A stretch of 64,000 nucleotides of DNA from Candidatus Aminicenantes bacterium (GCA_030691735.1 JAUYDS010000079.1:905-64904); one strand, 5' to 3'. Counted from the stretch's first letter, positions 20,321-30,416 are shown. The notes: generated by a model from the letters alone, not told the origin. Numbers and translations are program-made.

Positions 20321-21725
20321 AATCCGGCTCGACGCCGTCCCAGCAATAGGTGCAAAGCCGCTCTTTAGGCAGGCCGATGGCCGCCACGAGATCCTCGAGG
20401 TGCTGGTACTTGAGGGTCGTCAGGTTCAATCTCTGCCGGATCCTTTCTTCCATGGCCTTGTACTTGTCCGTGTCTTCTCTGGTGTAATCCGTCAGGTCGG
20501 CCGGGTATTCGCCTTCGATCTCGCGGATGGCCCGCCGGGCGGCCAGGTCCATCTCCGACCGGGAGACCGAAAAATTCAGGAACTTGCAGCCGAAGACGAG
20601 CGGCGGGCAGGCCGGCCGCATATGGACCTCCAGGGCTCCGCAATCGTAGAGCCGCTGGATCGTGTCCTGGAGCTGGGTTCCCCGGACGATGGAATCCTCG
20701 CAGAAGAGGAACTTCTTGCCCTTGATCAGGTCGCCGATGGGGATGAGCTTCATCCGGGCGACGAGGTCCCGGACGCCCTGGCTCTGGGGCATGAAGCTGC
20801 GGGCCCACGTGGGCGTATATTTGACGAACGGCCGCTTGAACGGGACGCCGGATTCGGCCGCGTAGCCTAGGCCGTGACCGACACCCGAGTCCGGGATCCC
20901 GGCCACGAAATCGATCGGGACCGGGTTGTGCTTGGCCAGGAACGCGCCGCAGCGGTTCCGCGCGTCCTCGACGTTGATGCCTTCGTAGCTCGAGGCCGGG
21001 TAGCCGTAGTAGACCCAGAGGAAGGCGCAGATCTGAAGCTTGTCGCCCGGCGCCTGTTTCTGCTCGCACCCCTCGGGGGAAATGAAGAGGATCTCTCCGG
21101 GTCCCAGATATTTTTCGACCTCGAAGCCGAGGTTGGGGAAGGCGCACGTCTCCGACGTCACGGCGAAATTGCCCGCTTTCTTACCGAGGACGATCGGTGT
21201 CCGGCCCCATTTATCGCGGCCGGCGTACAGGCCCTTTTCGGTCAGGATGAGGACGGAGCAGGAGCCCTCGATGGAATCTTGGAGGTTCCGGATCCCCGCT
21301 TCGAAGCTTTCCTCCTGGTCGATGAGCGTCGCGGCCAGCTCGGTCGGATTGATCCCGCCGGCGCCGATCTCGGTGAAGTGCAGACCTCTCTTCCGGAAAA
21401 GGTCCTCGGACAGCGCCGCGGCGTTCTTGATGGCGCCGACGGTGACGATGGCGTAATCCCCGAGATGGGAACGGATGAGAAGGGGTTGGTCGTCGAAATC
21501 GCTGATCACCCCGATGCCGGCCCAGGAATGCATCCGGTCGAGGTCCGGATCGAACTTGGAGCGGAACTGGGCGTTCTCGATGTTGTGGATGACGCGGACA
21601 AAACCGTCCTTTTGGCGGACGGCCAGCCCGCCCCGCTTCGTCCCGAGATGGGAATGGTAGTCCGTGCCGTAGAACAGGTCGGCGATACAATCGTCCCAGG
21701 AAGCGATCCCGAAAAATCCTCCCAT
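20319..21725 (-). CDS. Amidophosphoribosyltransferase (PurF) homologue lacking the N-terminal catalytic Cys (the N-terminus is MGGFFGIAS); [4Fe-4S]-type C-terminus
   Basis: The product is collinear with PurF. The PRPP loop FLFCEDSIVRGTQL matches (cf. LLVDDSIVRGTT), and the C-terminus carries CTYCW. An ATG start with a GAGGGGGA RBS is present. Cys1 is replaced by Gly. Confidence 0.75.
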   Translation of the reverse strand: MGGFFGIASWDDCIADLFYGTDYHSHLGTKRGGLAVRQKDGFVRVIHNIENAQFRSKFDPDLDRMHSWAGIGVISDFDDQPLLIRSHLGDYAIVTVGAIKNAAALSEDLFRKRGLHFTEIGAGGINPTELAATLIDQEESFEAGIRNLQDSIEGSCSVLILTEKGLYAGRDKWGRTPIVLGKKAGNFAVTSETCAFPNLGFEVEKYLGPGEILFISPEGCEQKQAPGDKLQICAFLWVYYGYPASSYEGINVEDARNRCGAFLAKHNPVPIDFVAGIPDSGVGHGLGYAAESGVPFKRPFVKYTPTWARSFMPQSQGVRDLVARMKLIPIGDLIKGKKFLFCEDSIVRGTQLQDTIQRLYDCGALEVHMRPACPPLVFGCKFLNFSVSRSEMDLAARRAIREIEGEYPADLTDYTREDTDKYKAMEERIRQRLNLTTLKYQHLEDLVAAIGLPKERLCTYCWDGVEPD

Positions 21726-21747
21726 ATATCCCCCTCGTCGTTCGGGC

Positions 21748-23178
21748 CTAACGGCTCTCGGGCTCCGCGTGAACGAGCACCCGGACTAGGCCCGGGATCC
21801 TCTCTTTCAAGCGTTCCTCGATGCGGGTAGACACATCATGAACTTGGATGATCGATAGCTGCTTCTCGAAGTGACAGTGCAGTGAGACCGAATAATTGTC
21901 GGCGTGGCGCCGGACCATGACGTTGTGGCAGCGGGAAGCGCCGGCGACCTTATTGGTGAGCTTTTTGACCTTGTCCACGAGGGCCGACTCCCGGGACGTC
22001 ACATCGACGCCTTCGCCGATGCCCGTGCCGCGGGATTCGATGTGGGTGTTGATCTGGGTGATCTCGGGCATGTCGTCCCTGAGGTCTTTTTCGATATGCG
22101 TCGCCAAGTCGTGGGCTTGCTGCAGGGACAGATGGTCGTCCACCTCGAGGTGGAGGTCGACCAAGACTCGATCGCGGTCCTCGTGCAGGCTGATGTTGTG
22201 GACGCTCATCTGGTCCCGGTAGGCGATGGCCCGGATCCGCTTGGCCTTGGTCTCGCGCTCGACCTCGCGTGGGTCGGTGTGAATGACGACGTCGGCGCCG
22301 GGAGCGACGCTCTGCACGCAGGCCTCCACCGATTCGGCGATGGCGTGGGTCCGTTCGAAGGACAGGTTGCGGTCCACGTCCACGGCCATGTCCACGAAGA
22401 CGCTCGGGCCGGACCGCCGGAGCCGGACCTGGCCGACGCTCAACACGCCTTCGATGGCACCGGCGGCCTCGGAGATCTTTTGGGCCAGGCCGTCCGGGGC
22501 CCGGTCGAGGAGGACGTCCACGGTCCGTTTGCCGAGCTTATAGCTTATAAACAGGACGATGAAGGCGACGCCCAGGGCGGAGACCGCGTCCGCCTTTTGC
22601 AAAAGCTCCGCCTGGCGGTGAAAGACGTGTTTACCGAGCCAGACGAGGAGCAGACCGCCGATGACCACGCTCGAGCTCCACACGTCCGTCGAAAAGTGGA
22701 GGGCATCGGCTTCCAAGGCTTGGCTGTGATGCTTCCGGGCGGCCCGGTAGAGCATCCGGGACCGGCTCACGTCGACGCCGATGGAGATGACCATGACCAA
22801 GAACGCCCAGAGGCTGGGATCGATCTCGATGGTCTGAAAGCCGATGCGGCGGACCGCCTCGTAGATGATCCAGGCGCAGGTGACGAAGAGCAGGACCGTC
22901 TCGACCAGGGCGGAGAAGTTCTCGATCTTACCGTGGCCGTAGGTGTGATCATGATCGGCGGGCTTATCCGAGACGCGCACGGCCAGGAAAGTGATGAAAG
23001 CGGCGACCAGGTCCAGGCCGGAGTGGGCCGCTTCGGCCAGGATGCCCAAGCTTCCCGTGAGGATCCCGACGACCAGCTTCATGGAGGTGAGGAAGAGGGC
23101 GGCGAAGACGGAATTGCCGGCGGCGGCTTTCTTGTCATGCGCGGCGGACAAACTCTGCGGGGACGCTTCAGATGTCAT
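21748..23178 (-). CDS. Cation diffusion facilitator (CDF) family metal efflux transporter with duplicated cytoplasmic C-terminal domains
   Basis: The product has 6 TM helices with the metal-site motifs HSGLDLV and HDHTYGHGK, followed by two ZT-dimer-like domains. Confidence 0.8.
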   Translation of the reverse strand: MTSEASPQSLSAAHDKKAAAGNSVFAALFLTSMKLVVGILTGSLGILAEAAHSGLDLVAAFITFLAVRVSDKPADHDHTYGHGKIENFSALVETVLLFVTCAWIIYEAVRRIGFQTIEIDPSLWAFLVMVISIGVDVSRSRMLYRAARKHHSQALEADALHFSTDVWSSSVVIGGLLLVWLGKHVFHRQAELLQKADAVSALGVAFIVLFISYKLGKRTVDVLLDRAPDGLAQKISEAAGAIEGVLSVGQVRLRRSGPSVFVDMAVDVDRNLSFERTHAIAESVEACVQSVAPGADVVIHTDPREVERETKAKRIRAIAYRDQMSVHNISLHEDRDRVLVDLHLEVDDHLSLQQAHDLATHIEKDLRDDMPEITQINTHIESRGTGIGEGVDVTSRESALVDKVKKLTNKVAGASRCHNVMVRRHADNYSVSLHCHFEKQLSIIQVHDVSTRIEERLKERIPGLVRVLVHAEPESR

Positions 23179-23288
23179 CGCTGTTTTGATGCTCCGGAAG
23201 GACTCTCATTTTAACATAGCCTCGGAGACGGAGCAATCGAGAGCGACCCGAAATTGCCGATAGAGCTTGTCATCGCGAGGAGCGGAGC

Positions 23289-23344
23289 GACGTGGCTAAT
23301 CCCCCCTTCTCCCCCCTTTATTAAAGGGGGGAGAAGGGGGGATT
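23289..23344. terminator. 47-bp perfect palindrome AATCCCCCCTTCTCCCCCCTTTA-T-TAAAGGGGGGAGAAGGGGGGATT preceded by the shared GACGTGGCT flank (copy 2)
   Basis: It lies downstream of the stop of the minus-strand M16 peptidase gene (23440). The stem is about 23 bp and perfect. Confidence 0.7.
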
Positions 23345-23439
23345 AGCATGGAGGTTGCCACGCTCCCTTCGGTCGCTCGCAACGACAAGAAAATTAACTA
23401 CTTCCCCTTTCTATCGGCAATTTCGGGGAGCGACACGGG

Positions 23440-25038
23440 CTATTTCAACTTGACGATGTGGACCGTTCCGGCGCCGTACTTCTTGGCCAGTCCATCGATC
23501 GTCCGGCCTCCGAACTTGGCGGCCATGGCGTCGATCGTCGGCTGGTTCGGGAGCATGTTGTTGGCCCCGGCCTTGCATTCCTCGATGTTGCCGGCGACCA
23601 TGATGATCATCTTGTCCGGCTGCAGCCACTTCTGGGCGACCCGCTTGAGGTCGGCGACCGTCACTTTCTCGTACTTGGCCAGATAGGCGTCGTAGTAATT
23701 CATCGGACGGCCGGTGAATTCTAGGTTGGCGAAGTTCTGGATGATGGAGCCGACCCCCGAGAACATGGACGGAAACGCGTTGACCCGGGCGCTCTTGGCC
23801 ATTTTGAGATCGGCTTCGCTGACGTCCCCGTTATGCATTCCCTCGATGAGGTCCAGCATCAGTTGGGAGGCGAAGACGACCGTCGAGTTCTTGGTCTGAC
23901 AGGAGGCCGTGAACGTCCCGGGGTAGAGTATCCCGGCTCCGCCGCCTCCTCCACCGCCGCGCGGACCGCCGCCCCCGCCGCCGCTGAAGCTGGAACTGGT
24001 GGAGTAGGCCAGCCCGTTATCGGTCCGCACGACCTTGGTGATGCGCGAGGAGAACGAGCCGCCGCCGAGGATGTAGTTCATCAAGTCGACCGCGGCGTAG
24101 TCGGGGTCGTCCACCATCAGGCCGAGATGCCCGATGCGGATGATCCCCTGGTTCGGGATGACCTCGGGTTGGACCATGTAGACGCCCGCCTTGGACGCCT
24201 GTTGGACCTTTGGAATGGGCGGCACGGCTTTCTCCGCCTTGGGCCATTTCCCGACCGTGGCTTCCAGCTTCTTCATCATCTCCGCTTTTTTGAAATCGCC
24301 CGAGACCACCAGGATGGCGTTATTGGCCCCCCAATACTTCTTGTGCCAGGCGATGAGGTCGGCCCGGGTGATGCCGGTGATCGTCGCTTCGGTCGTTTCC
24401 TGGGTGATCGGCGAGTTTTCACCGTAGATCAGATCGCTGTAAACGCGGCCGGCGACCTCGGAGACGTTTTTATTGCGATTCCGGATCGCGGGCAGGGCCT
24501 GGTCCTTCTCGCGGCGGAGCTTGTCGTCGGGGAAGGCCGGGTTCGTCAGGATGTCCATCCAGATCTTGAGGCCCTCGTCGAGATACTTGATGTTGATGGA
24601 CAGGTTGCGGGCCGTGACCGTCCCCGCCAGGAAGTCCATCCGCTCGTTGATCTGCTCGCCGGTCATCGTCGTGCTGCCGCCCGAGCGCATGATCGAGCCG
24701 GCGAAGCCGTCCACGCCCAGCTTGTCCTTGGGCTCGAGGAAGGGCCCGGTCCGGACGAGCAGCGATGCGGAAAACCAGGGGATCTCGTGATCCTCGGCGA
24801 TATAGACCACCAGTCCGTTCGAGAGCTTCGTCCGGAATTCGGACGCTTTGGGCACCTTGAAGTTGAGCGGAGGGTAGGTGAATTGTTCCGGGCGAGGTCC
24901 CTTGGGCGTTTGTCCGCTTTGAACGGCGGCTTGCGCCGGGTTGGTCCCGGCGGCCTGCGCGTCGACCGCGAAAACGAAAACGAGCAGGAGCAGGACCGGG
25001 ATGAACCATGAACTGAAATGTCGTCTGATCATTGTCAT
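23440..25038 (-). CDS. M16 family peptidase-like protein, likely non-catalytic partner subunit, with a signal peptide and a poly-Gly insertion
   Basis: The product has the M16 fold but no HxxEH motif. It contains the low-complexity stretch SGGGGGGPRGGGGGGGAG and an N-terminal signal sequence. Confidence 0.7.
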   Translation of the reverse strand: MTMIRRHFSSWFIPVLLLLVFVFAVDAQAAGTNPAQAAVQSGQTPKGPRPEQFTYPPLNFKVPKASEFRTKLSNGLVVYIAEDHEIPWFSASLLVRTGPFLEPKDKLGVDGFAGSIMRSGGSTTMTGEQINERMDFLAGTVTARNLSINIKYLDEGLKIWMDILTNPAFPDDKLRREKDQALPAIRNRNKNVSEVAGRVYSDLIYGENSPITQETTEATITGITRADLIAWHKKYWGANNAILVVSGDFKKAEMMKKLEATVGKWPKAEKAVPPIPKVQQASKAGVYMVQPEVIPNQGIIRIGHLGLMVDDPDYAAVDLMNYILGGGSFSSRITKVVRTDNGLAYSTSSSFSGGGGGGPRGGGGGGGAGILYPGTFTASCQTKNSTVVFASQLMLDLIEGMHNGDVSEADLKMAKSARVNAFPSMFSGVGSIIQNFANLEFTGRPMNYYDAYLAKYEKVTVADLKRVAQKWLQPDKMIIMVAGNIEECKAGANNMLPNQPTIDAMAAKFGGRTIDGLAKKYGAGTVHIVKLK

Positions 25039-25065
25039 TTCCTTTCCGGGAAGCGCGGCGGGCCG

Positions 25066-26625
25066 CTACTTTTCCCGCTCCAATACGCCGGTGACGCAGT
25101 TGTCCTTGGTCAAATATTTCTTGGCGACCCGCATCAGGTCGGCCGGCGTCACGGCCAGGCGCTGCTTGTATTGGTCGTCGAGATGCTGCCAGCGGTAGGC
25201 CACTTCCATCGAGGCCAACTGGACGGCGATCCCCGTCCCGGCCAGGCTTTGGAGATAGCGGGCTTCGACCGAGTTCTTCACTCTCTGGAGCAGCGTTTCA
25301 TCGCAGAGCGTGTTCTTCGCCTCTTCGATGTAGCCCCAAAGCTCTTTCTCGAGTTGATCGAGAGGAACGACGGGGGCGTTCTTGATCTCCTTGGCCGTGG
25401 CGCTGACCTGGAACTCGCCGTCATACTCGGAATTGGAAGCCCGGACCATGACGTTGGTCGCGTGCTCGTTCTTCAGGACCAGGTCAAGGTACATCTTGCC
25501 CGTCCTCGCACTCATGACCTGGCTCAGAATAGACAGGGGGCCCAGGTCGTCGTGCCACAGCGGCGGGATATGGAACAGGATCTGGACGCTTGGGTTCGTC
25601 GCGGCCCGGCCGAGGACGCGCTTCTCGACATAGGGCGCCTTGAAATCCGGCCCGTTGACCTTCCGGTAATATTCAGGCGAAGGCTCCTCGGTGCGCACGC
25701 GCGGCGCGGGGCCTTTGGACGGGATCGCCCCGAAGTATTTATTGATTAAGGCCATGGTCGGCTCGACATCGATGTCTCCGGCCAGAACCATGACCGCGTT
25801 ATCGGGGCGATAATACTGGCTGCGATAGTCCATCATCTCTTGTTTGGTGATGCGGCTGACGTCGGACATCCAGCCCAGGACTTCCCAGTGGTAGGGGCTG
25901 GCGGCGTAGAACGTGGCGTTAAGCTGCTCGCTGAAGAAGAAGCCGGGTCTGTTCTCGCTCATCCGGCGCTCTTCGACGATGACGTCGCGCTCCGAATAAA
26001 ACTCGCGGAAGATGGGGTTGACCATCCGGTCCGCCTCGAGGGCGAAATAGAGCTCGAGCTTGTTCTTCGGGAGCGTGACGTAGTATTGGGTCATCTCCTT
26101 CCCCGTCGAGGCGTTCAGGCCGGTCCCGCCGGCCTCCTGATAGGCGCCCCAGATCTCCTCGCTGACGATCGTTTCGGCCTTCTCCTTCGTCAGCAGGTCC
26201 GAGGCCTGCTTCTTGAGGGCCATGATCTTGGCCTCGTCGCGGCCCTTGATCTTGGACTCCTCGGCCACGATCTGCTCTTCCAGCGCGTCGATCTGCCGGT
26301 TGTACTCGCTGTCCTTCTCGAGAGTGCCCGGCTTGATGCCCATCGTGTAGGTGCCTTTGAACATCATGTGCTCGTGGAAGTGGGAGATGCCGGTGATGCC
26401 CGGCCGCTCGTTCACCGCACCGACCCGGTAGGCCAGGATGCAGCGGACCGTGGGCGTGTCCGCCCGCTTGACCATCAAGACCTTCAGCCCGTTGGGCAGG
26501 GTTCGTTCGATGACCTGCTTCGTCAGACTGAGCTCTTGGGCCGCGAGAGGTGCCAGGCCGACAAACAATAAGAGTGGGATCAAAATGATTATACGTGCGA
26601 ATTTGCGAGAAATCATAGGCTTCAC
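25066..26625 (-). CDS. M16 family zinc metallopeptidase (pitrilysin/insulinase-like), secreted
   Basis: The product has the inverted zinc-binding motif HFHEHMMFKGT and a signal peptide. It lies in tandem with the inactive paralogue. Confidence 0.8.
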   Translation of the reverse strand: MKPMISRKFARIIILIPLLLFVGLAPLAAQELSLTKQVIERTLPNGLKVLMVKRADTPTVRCILAYRVGAVNERPGITGISHFHEHMMFKGTYTMGIKPGTLEKDSEYNRQIDALEEQIVAEESKIKGRDEAKIMALKKQASDLLTKEKAETIVSEEIWGAYQEAGGTGLNASTGKEMTQYYVTLPKNKLELYFALEADRMVNPIFREFYSERDVIVEERRMSENRPGFFFSEQLNATFYAASPYHWEVLGWMSDVSRITKQEMMDYRSQYYRPDNAVMVLAGDIDVEPTMALINKYFGAIPSKGPAPRVRTEEPSPEYYRKVNGPDFKAPYVEKRVLGRAATNPSVQILFHIPPLWHDDLGPLSILSQVMSARTGKMYLDLVLKNEHATNVMVRASNSEYDGEFQVSATAKEIKNAPVVPLDQLEKELWGYIEEAKNTLCDETLLQRVKNSVEARYLQSLAGTGIAVQLASMEVAYRWQHLDDQYKQRLAVTPADLMRVAKKYLTKDNCVTGVLEREK

Positions 26626-26730
26626 CTCCTGGTGGCTTATCTATATATCGCCCCCGCGGCCGTGTCAAGACGCTGGCTGCGAAGGAGGTCGTCCGGCCGA
26701 ATTATCGTTGCGAACGACCGCAAAACCGCT

Positions 26731-26765
26731 CGAAAGACGCAAGACTTCTTTTTTCCGCTCTAAAA
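26731..26765 (-). repeat. 35-bp repeat (copy 2, inverted relative to copy 1 at 13670)
   Basis: CGAAAGACGCAAGACTTCTTTTTTCCGCTCTAAAA is the reverse complement of the 13670..13704 sequence. Confidence 0.7.
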
Positions 26766-26774
26766 ACGATCGGA

Positions 26775-27905
26775 TTATTTCATATTCCATGTCACGCCGT
26801 ATCTCTTTAAGACATCGTAGCCGTCGGCGTCTTCGGCAAAGACATACGCCTTGCCCTTCTTCCAAAGGATCGGCGCCTTTTCGAGCTTGACCTGGGTCAG
26901 GTAGCGGCCCTCCTCATCAAACACATCCAAACAGACGCGCTTGTCCCCCGCTTTGGGATTCGGGACTCGGACAATCAGCCAGCCTCGATCATCATAGTTG
27001 AATCGGGAAAAAAGATGCTGATATTTGGGTAAGGCGACTTTGACCAGAGCCCGCGGGATATCGCGGGCCTGCTCTTCAGCACCGACCAAGGACGCGAACT
27101 TGTCCAGGTCGGATTTCTGTTCTTTCGTCGTCTCCACCCGGTCGTATTCACGTCGGACCTTTCGGACGAGTTTGTTTTCCCCGTCATAGATCCGGATTTC
27201 GTAATCCATCGGGCAACCGTAGGCGATTCGATCATGCGAGCCCAAGTCCCAATAGGGAATCGGAGCGGAGAGATCGAGCGCCCTTCTCACCTCCACGGCG
27301 ATTTGCCGTGAAGACTCGGCGTTCAAACCGGCACGCCGTGTTTCGAATTCCACGTTCCCCTTGTCGTCGACGGTGCTGTGGAGATAAACGACCCGGCCAC
27401 GGCTGTCCAAGCGGGCCATGAAAGGTCTTTCCGTCCCGATTTTCCGGATGAACCGGCCGTCCATGTCAAAAAGGTGCATCCCGAACATGAAATCGGTCAC
27501 CAGGACTTCCCGCGTCGCCGGGCAGACCGAAACGTAGAACGGTTGACGGAATTCGCCCGGGCCTTGCCCCATCCGTCCGAACGTCCGGATCAGCTTTCCG
27601 TCCGGATCGAACACTCGAACGCAACACTCCTTCAAATCCGTTAAATAGATCCGTCCGGCGTCGTCGACGTCGAGGCCTCCACCGTCGCTGAATGTCTTAT
27701 CCGGATCAGCCGCTCCCCCGCCGATGGACAACTCCTCCTTCAGAGTCAGAATTCCTCCCGGATAGATCGGCGTCTTGGGATTTTGGACGATAAGGACCCC
27801 GCCGTCTTGGACGATCGTTCCCTTCCACGCCGTTTGGGGTTCACGGCCGGACAAAAACGCCGCCGCCGCCGCGAAAAACGACAAACCTAGCATGATTCTT
27901 TTCAT
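26775..27905 (-). CDS. Secreted six-bladed beta-propeller (NHL/TolB-like) protein, paralogue 1; start trimmed to MKRIML
   Basis: A signal peptide and repeated blade-like segments are present. The C-terminus RYGVTWNMK is shared with its neighbour. Confidence 0.5.
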   Translation of the reverse strand: MKRIMLGLSFFAAAAAFLSGREPQTAWKGTIVQDGGVLIVQNPKTPIYPGGILTLKEELSIGGGAADPDKTFSDGGGLDVDDAGRIYLTDLKECCVRVFDPDGKLIRTFGRMGQGPGEFRQPFYVSVCPATREVLVTDFMFGMHLFDMDGRFIRKIGTERPFMARLDSRGRVVYLHSTVDDKGNVEFETRRAGLNAESSRQIAVEVRRALDLSAPIPYWDLGSHDRIAYGCPMDYEIRIYDGENKLVRKVRREYDRVETTKEQKSDLDKFASLVGAEEQARDIPRALVKVALPKYQHLFSRFNYDDRGWLIVRVPNPKAGDKRVCLDVFDEEGRYLTQVKLEKAPILWKKGKAYVFAEDADGYDVLKRYGVTWNMK

Positions 27906-28074
27906 TCCTCCCCCTCGTTCAGGCGTGGGATTCCAGCGTCGTCCTATCTTATCAAACCGCGGCTTTCTGTCAAAACGAGGGACTCTTTCTCTTCTCGATT
28001 TCCCCGAAACGCGGCCTGATCCCGGAGCCGACCACCCTCCGGAACCTTCTCCGGGATATCCTTTCAGATGAACC

Positions 28075-29265
28075 TCAACGGCAGTCCGCCGTTGGTCCCA
28101 AGGCGGGTTTCCCGCCGGTGAGTCCCCCGTCAACGTCCGACTTTTCTTCCTTCATCATCCAGGTCGCCGTATAACGCCGGATCAACCGATAACCTTCCTC
28201 GTCGGTTTCAATGGAATAGAGCTTTCCGCTTTTCATCATGACTGGCGTATCGACAAGCGGAATCCTTCCTAAGAAACGACCCTGTTTGTCAAAGACATCA
28301 TGAAGAGTTCGTTTCCGATCCGTCGTTTTTTCAAATGTTTTGACCAGCACATGACGTCGATCGTCGGCGAAAAAATTTTGGATCGGCGCATGGAACGGCT
28401 CGAATTTGATCGTAATTTCGGAATTGTCCCGGTTCAGGAAGGGCTTTTTGTCCTCGTCCGTGACTTTCACCGGATCATAGGCCCGGCCGAATCGGCCGAT
28501 GATTTTTCTATCGACGCCGGCGATTTGAATCTCATAATCCAGGCCGTTGTTGAAAAGAATCCGGTCATCGATGTCGATATCGATTCGGGGCGTCGCGAGA
28601 AGAGGATTGACGACTCCATTCTTTGAAACCCGCGAAGGCAGCTTGGCCAATTCGCCGATCTTCTTCAGTTCGGCATCGAATATTTTGACGAGATAATGCG
28701 GATTGTCCGGGTCAAAGACGGCGGCCAGGACAACGAATCCGCCCCGCGAATCGACGCGAAACGACATCCCGATCGTATCCATAAGAGATACGGTTTTGAT
28801 GAACTTTCCCTGGTCGTCGAAGTATGAAATTCCTCCTTTTCCCGAGTCAAGAATAAGAAGATTTCCGGTGACCGGGTGGATGAGAATCGACCTCGGATAT
28901 TGCATCTCGCCTGGACCCTGGCCTTTCCGGCCGAGCGTGCGGACATGTCGCCCGCCGGAATCGAAAACCTTGACCTGACATTCCTTCGGATCGAGAACAT
29001 AGACGCATTCCCGACGATCGACCGCAAGGCTTGAGACATCGCGAAATGCGGACTCTCCTTCCGCTTTCGCTCCGCCGATCGACCAATCCTCCTTGATTTC
29101 AAGAATCGGACCAGGATACATCGGCTCTTTGGGATTCCGGACGACCTCCTGTTCGCCCTCGTTGAAGATTTTACCCTTCCAGACCGGAATCTGGGCCGCG
29201 AGACTGACGGAAAATGAAATCCAAATAACGAACCCTGTTTTCAAGACAATCGTTTTGGTCAGCAT
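28075..29265 (-). CDS. Secreted six-bladed beta-propeller (NHL/TolB-like) protein, paralogue 2
   Basis: A signal peptide is present. The architecture is collinear with 26775..27905, and the C-terminus is RRYTATWMMKEEK. Confidence 0.5.
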   Translation of the reverse strand: MLTKTIVLKTGFVIWISFSVSLAAQIPVWKGKIFNEGEQEVVRNPKEPMYPGPILEIKEDWSIGGAKAEGESAFRDVSSLAVDRRECVYVLDPKECQVKVFDSGGRHVRTLGRKGQGPGEMQYPRSILIHPVTGNLLILDSGKGGISYFDDQGKFIKTVSLMDTIGMSFRVDSRGGFVVLAAVFDPDNPHYLVKIFDAELKKIGELAKLPSRVSKNGVVNPLLATPRIDIDIDDRILFNNGLDYEIQIAGVDRKIIGRFGRAYDPVKVTDEDKKPFLNRDNSEITIKFEPFHAPIQNFFADDRRHVLVKTFEKTTDRKRTLHDVFDKQGRFLGRIPLVDTPVMMKSGKLYSIETDEEGYRLIRRYTATWMMKEEKSDVDGGLTGGKPALGPTADCR

Positions 29266-29534
29266 TTCTTCTCCAATCCTTTAGGTCCGCTTGCGCAACT
29301 AAATACGATGAATAGCCATAAGAACAAAACAACCGCCGTCGAACGTATGATTTAGGGATAGTTTCCTTTTCTTCGGCGCACCGGCTTCCCTCCCGTTGAG
29401 CTCGGAATCGGTGCCGCTCGTCACAAGAAAAGGATATTCCCGGTCGCCGATCGATGTCAAGACGCCCGGGCGTGCGGCGCGCGTTGGAGCAAATGGCGGA
29501 GGGCATCCCGCCGCCAAAGCTCGCTCGCCGGCTC

Positions 29535-30416
29535 TCAGGTTTCCCGTAACAGCCAGCGCAGGGCGTTCTTCTGCAGCTTCACGTATTCGGGATTCCAGAA
29601 GCTGGGAATGGTATGGCCCGGCGCCATGAAACAGACCCGCCCCTGGCCGTAATCGTAAGCCCAGCAGGCTTCACAGGTCGCGCCTTGGTTGCCGTATTTG
29701 GCCGTTGAATATTCGAGCCCCTGTTCATTGGCGCTTCGGACCAGCACGGTCTTGGGGTCCTTGTCGTAGAGCAGGAAGTGCTGCTCCTCGGTCACCACGA
29801 AATCAGCCACGCCCTTGGTGATGGGATGGTCGCGGTTCTCGATCTTCATCTTGTAGGGCCGAAAGCCCGTGTGCCCCGTGAACAGCGCCCCTTCGACGTG
29901 GCGGAAATCCGCGTTTCCTCCGGAGATATAGCTGGCGTTGTGGAAAAACCAGGCCGATCCCCCTTTCTCCACGAATTCGCGGATGGCCCGGCCTTGCTCG
30001 GGGGTGAGCCAGTTCACGGCGCTCTCATCCAAGGCGGGCAGGGGCGGCTCGCTGACGATCTTGATCTTCTCCGGATCTATAAACGGATACGGCGACGTAT
30101 ATCCCCCGGGAAAGGCCAGTCCGTCGCAAAGCATGAGCAGCAGTTTGTGCTCGGCCAGCATCTCCCGGGTGAGGAGGGTGTGGTCCGCGGTGAAGACGAC
30201 CGAAGCGCCCGCTTCCTTGACCAAGGTCCGGGCGAGGGCCGTCCGGATGTAATCGAAGTTGTGCCAGCGGTCGCCGATCAAGGCGAAAACATCGTTCTTG
30301 CGGGGAATGGAAGAGGTCCGCGAGGGCGGCAGGGCCGCGCTCAAGGCCGAGGCCGCCCCGCCCAGGCTGAGGGTCCGGAGAGCTAGACGACGGGACACGG
30401 ATTTCAATTTCTTCAT
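29535..30416 (-). CDS. ThuA-like (trehalose-utilisation / GATase1-like) protein with a Tat signal
   Basis: The N-terminus has a twin-arginine motif SRRLALRTL, followed by a ThuA-family core. A 4-bp overlap with the upstream gene indicates translational coupling. Confidence 0.6.
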   Translation of the reverse strand: MKKLKSVSRRLALRTLSLGGAASALSAALPPSRTSSIPRKNDVFALIGDRWHNFDYIRTALARTLVKEAGASVVFTADHTLLTREMLAEHKLLLMLCDGLAFPGGYTSPYPFIDPEKIKIVSEPPLPALDESAVNWLTPEQGRAIREFVEKGGSAWFFHNASYISGGNADFRHVEGALFTGHTGFRPYKMKIENRDHPITKGVADFVVTEEQHFLLYDKDPKTVLVRSANEQGLEYSTAKYGNQGATCEACWAYDYGQGRVCFMAPGHTIPSFWNPEYVKLQKNALRWLLRET

